In this document: positions 61,036-64,000 of the stretch, piece after piece | Layout of the letters: each line of letters begins with the position of its first letter | Numbering within the stretch: position 1 is the first letter of the stretch | NCBI GenBank assembly: GCA_030390025.1 | Contig: CM059431.1 | Location: 139,006,001-139,070,000, forward strand | Reading direction: 5' to 3' | DNA length: 64,000 bases | Source of the DNA: Squalus acanthias | Lineage: Eukaryota | Translations under genes and position numbers: made by a program | Notes under the pieces: model-generated | What the model was told of the DNA's origin: nothing | Database searches by the model: none | Seen by the model: the letters and a program-made list of their open reading frames with translations, nothing else

Positions 61036-62928
61036 CAGCAAAAGCTGGTGTGTATGCAGTGCTTGTCTGTGTTCAAGTTATCTGCCGTGTGCATTGGTAC
61101 AACATCTCATGTCTGAAAAAAAAAAGAAACTATATACCATTAGATCATACTGATTTCATTCCAGACTCTGCTGCTGTGGGATCTTACCTTGCCTTTCTTC
61201 AAGAATTTTGTAAAAATCAACGCTACATATATACATCAAGCCATTTGATATTTTTCTGGATTGGACTTTATGGAGTAATGTTTGTGGAGTGTTTCATGTC
61301 ATATCCTGCTGTGTGATCTTACTCTCCCCTTCAGCCGAACCCAAACAAGACAAGACTTTTGTAAAAAAAAAAGTATATATTATATTTTTTTTAAAATATT
61401 TTCTGAATAACCATTTTTTTTTTTGGACTGGGCTTTATTGGGGGATGTGCTTGGGATGTTTACAGAGCAAATGCTGCTGTGGGATCTTTCCATTCATTTT
61501 ATTACACTCCAGGCAAACCACTGATAGGCAGACATTTAGTTAACAAAAGTAAAGTATATATATATTATTATTTATTCCTGATTGCATTTACTTCTTTTCA
61601 CTCTCCCGGGCTTTCATTTCCTCTCGGGGACCTGGATTTCTGGGGCCTCGGCTTCACTTCTTCCTCTTTGCTTGTCCTCATTAAACATGGCCGCACAGCC
61701 AGGAAGGGACATCATCAAAAATTGACATTCCCAGATTGCACATCTTTCAAAAAATATGTGTGTGAGTTTCTGCAAACTGCAGAGTCTGTGTGAGTGTGTA
61801 TGTATGTGCGTGGGTGTCTGTGTGTCTGCAAATTGCAGAGTCTGTGTGAGTGTGTCTGTATGTGACTGCGTGTTTTGTTTCTGCAAATTGCAGACTCTGT
61901 ATGTGTCTATATGTGTGTTGGTTTCTGTGATTCTGCAAATTTCAGTGTCTGTTTGAGTGTGTGTGTCATGTTAATGTAAACTTTAGTTCAATATGGGTGG
62001 GAGGGAGACTGTGAGTGACAGACAGAGAGACCGTCAGTGAGAGAGAGAGACATGAAATCAAAAGGCAAGTTGCAGAATAGAAAGCCTGTTTCTGTCTGCC
62101 ACAAAGTGGAAGGATAAGGTACTGAAAAGTGTCTTTTTGGTTTTAATCTTCCAACACAACAGTTATCCTTCTGCACGCTGGCCATGGTGTGTGTGAGTGT
62201 GTGTGTGTGAGAGAGAGGGCAAAAGCAGGTGTTTGTGTGAGATGTGGTCTGGTGTTTTATTAGCTGCTGTTGTTGTATTAAACCCGATTTATTTCATTCT
62301 GGACTGATCCACATGTAATGGTGTTGTGTATCACTTCATTGCACTTTATTTCACTTCACTTCAAGTCAGTGAGATATTGAAAAGTTTCTTTGTGGACTGT
62401 CTTACAGTAAAAGCTGCTGTGGCATCTTTGCATTCTTTTTATTCCACTCCACTCAAATCAAGACAAGGCAGGCAGGCAGTGAGAGAGACACATGAAATCA
62501 AGACAACATGCAGAATAGAAATAATAACAGAAAATGCTGGAAATACTCAGTAGGTTAGGCAGCATCTGTGGCGAGAGAGAGAAACAGAGTAAGTGTGTTA
62601 GGTCGATGACCTTTCGTCAGAACCTTGCCAGAATCTGACGAAAGGTAATCGAGCTGAAACATCAACTCTATTTCTCTCTCTCTCCACAGATGCTGCCTGA
62701 CCTGCTGAGTATTTCCAGCATTTTCTGTTTTTATTTCAGATTTCCCACATACACAGCATTTGCTTTTGATGCAGATTAGAAAGCCTGTTTCTGTAGGCCA
62801 TAAAATGAAAAGATAAGATACTGAAAAGTGTCTGTTTGCTTTTAAACTGATGAACACAGCAGAGGAATGATATAAATCAACTTTCTTTCATTGCTGAAAG
62901 TGTTTTGTGGCTATTTTGCAGGCTGGCC

Positions 62929-62961
<33 letters not shown>

Positions 62962-64000
62962 CAGACAGACAGCAAAAGCTGGCGTGTATGCAGGGCTTGT
63001 TTGTGTTCGAGTTACCTGCCATGTGCTTTAGTACTGCATCTCATGCCTGAAAACAGAATGTATACACCATCAGAACATACTGATTTTATTCCATTCTGCA
63101 CTGCTGTGAGATCTTACTTTTTCTTTCTCTCAAGAATTTTGTAAAAAGCAAGGCTACATATATACATCAAGCCATTTGATATTTTTCTGGACTGGACCTT
63201 ATAGGGGAATGTTTGTGAAGTGTTTCATGGCATTTCCTGTTGTGGGATCTTACTCTCCCCTTCAGCCCAACACAAACAAGACAAGACTTTTGTAAAAAAA
63301 AATGAGTATATGTTATATATTTTTAATTATTTTCAGAATAATCCATTTGAATTTTTTCTGGACTGGGCTTTATTGGGGAATGTGCGTGGGGTGTTTTCAG
63401 AGCAAAAGCTGCTGTGGGATCTTTCCATTCATTTTATTCCACTCCATGCAAATCACAGACATGCAGCCATTTAGTTAACAAAAGTAAAGTATATATATAT
63501 TATTTATTCCTCATTGTATTTACTTCTTTTCACTCTCTCAGGCTTTCATTTCCTCTCGGGGGCCCGGATTTCTCATCAAAAATTGACACTCCCAGGCTAC
63601 ACCACTTTCAAAGTGAATATGTGCGTGTGTGAGTGTCAGTTTCTGCAAATTGCAGAGTCTGTGTGAGGCTGTGTGTCATGTCACTGTAAATTTTAGTTCA
63701 ATGTGGATGGGAGGGAGAGTGTGAGTGAGAGAGAGACACACAGACAGTCAGTGAGAGGGAAATACATGAAATCAAAAGGCCAGATGCAGAATAGAAAGCC
63801 TGTTGCTGTAGGCCGCAAAGTAAAAGGATAAGACACTGAAAAATATTTTGTGGCGCGTCCGATAGTAAAAGCTGCTCTGGCATATTTGCATTCTTTTTAT
63901 TCCACTCCACTCAAATTGAGACCAGGCACGCAGTGAGAGACATATGAAATCAAGACACTATGCAGAACAGAAATCAAAATAGAAAATGTTGGAAATACTC
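58615..64000. repeat. Diverged 1.5-1.9-kb tandem array, 3 units plus the start of a fourth, running off the window
   Basis: Anchor ag(t)aaaagctgctgtgg..tttgcattc at ~58620, ~60465, ~62403 and ~63862; shared internal order of motifs. Confidence 0.9.

Overview
Eukaryotic, repeat-rich vertebrate DNA. The repeat content (CR1 and L2 LINEs, HE1-type V-SINEs, Penelope-like elements, Harbinger relics) points to a cartilaginous fish; this is inferred and the species cannot be identified from the sequence. The only host protein-coding gene I can support is a spliced NLR innate-immune receptor on the + strand. It has 9 coding exons, GT-AG introns with consistent phases, a 2721-nt CDS (906 aa) and the layout CARD-like death fold, NACHT, RI-type LRR, ending at 57254. 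Its first two coding exons lie in a ~9.8-kb unit that is tandemly duplicated (offset ~12.6 kb) and bracketed by three G-rich minisatellite arrays, giving two interchangeable N-terminal cassettes. Other notable items are a CpG-rich promoter at ~6.0-6.5 kb, minimal hammerhead-ribozyme motifs in Penelope-like termini within the introns, a SINE nested in a LINE that shares its tail, and a diverged 1.5-1.9-kb tandem array at the window end. Most long ORFs in the supplied track are retroelement fragments or repeat artefacts. All alignments were done by eye, and transposon boundaries are approximate.
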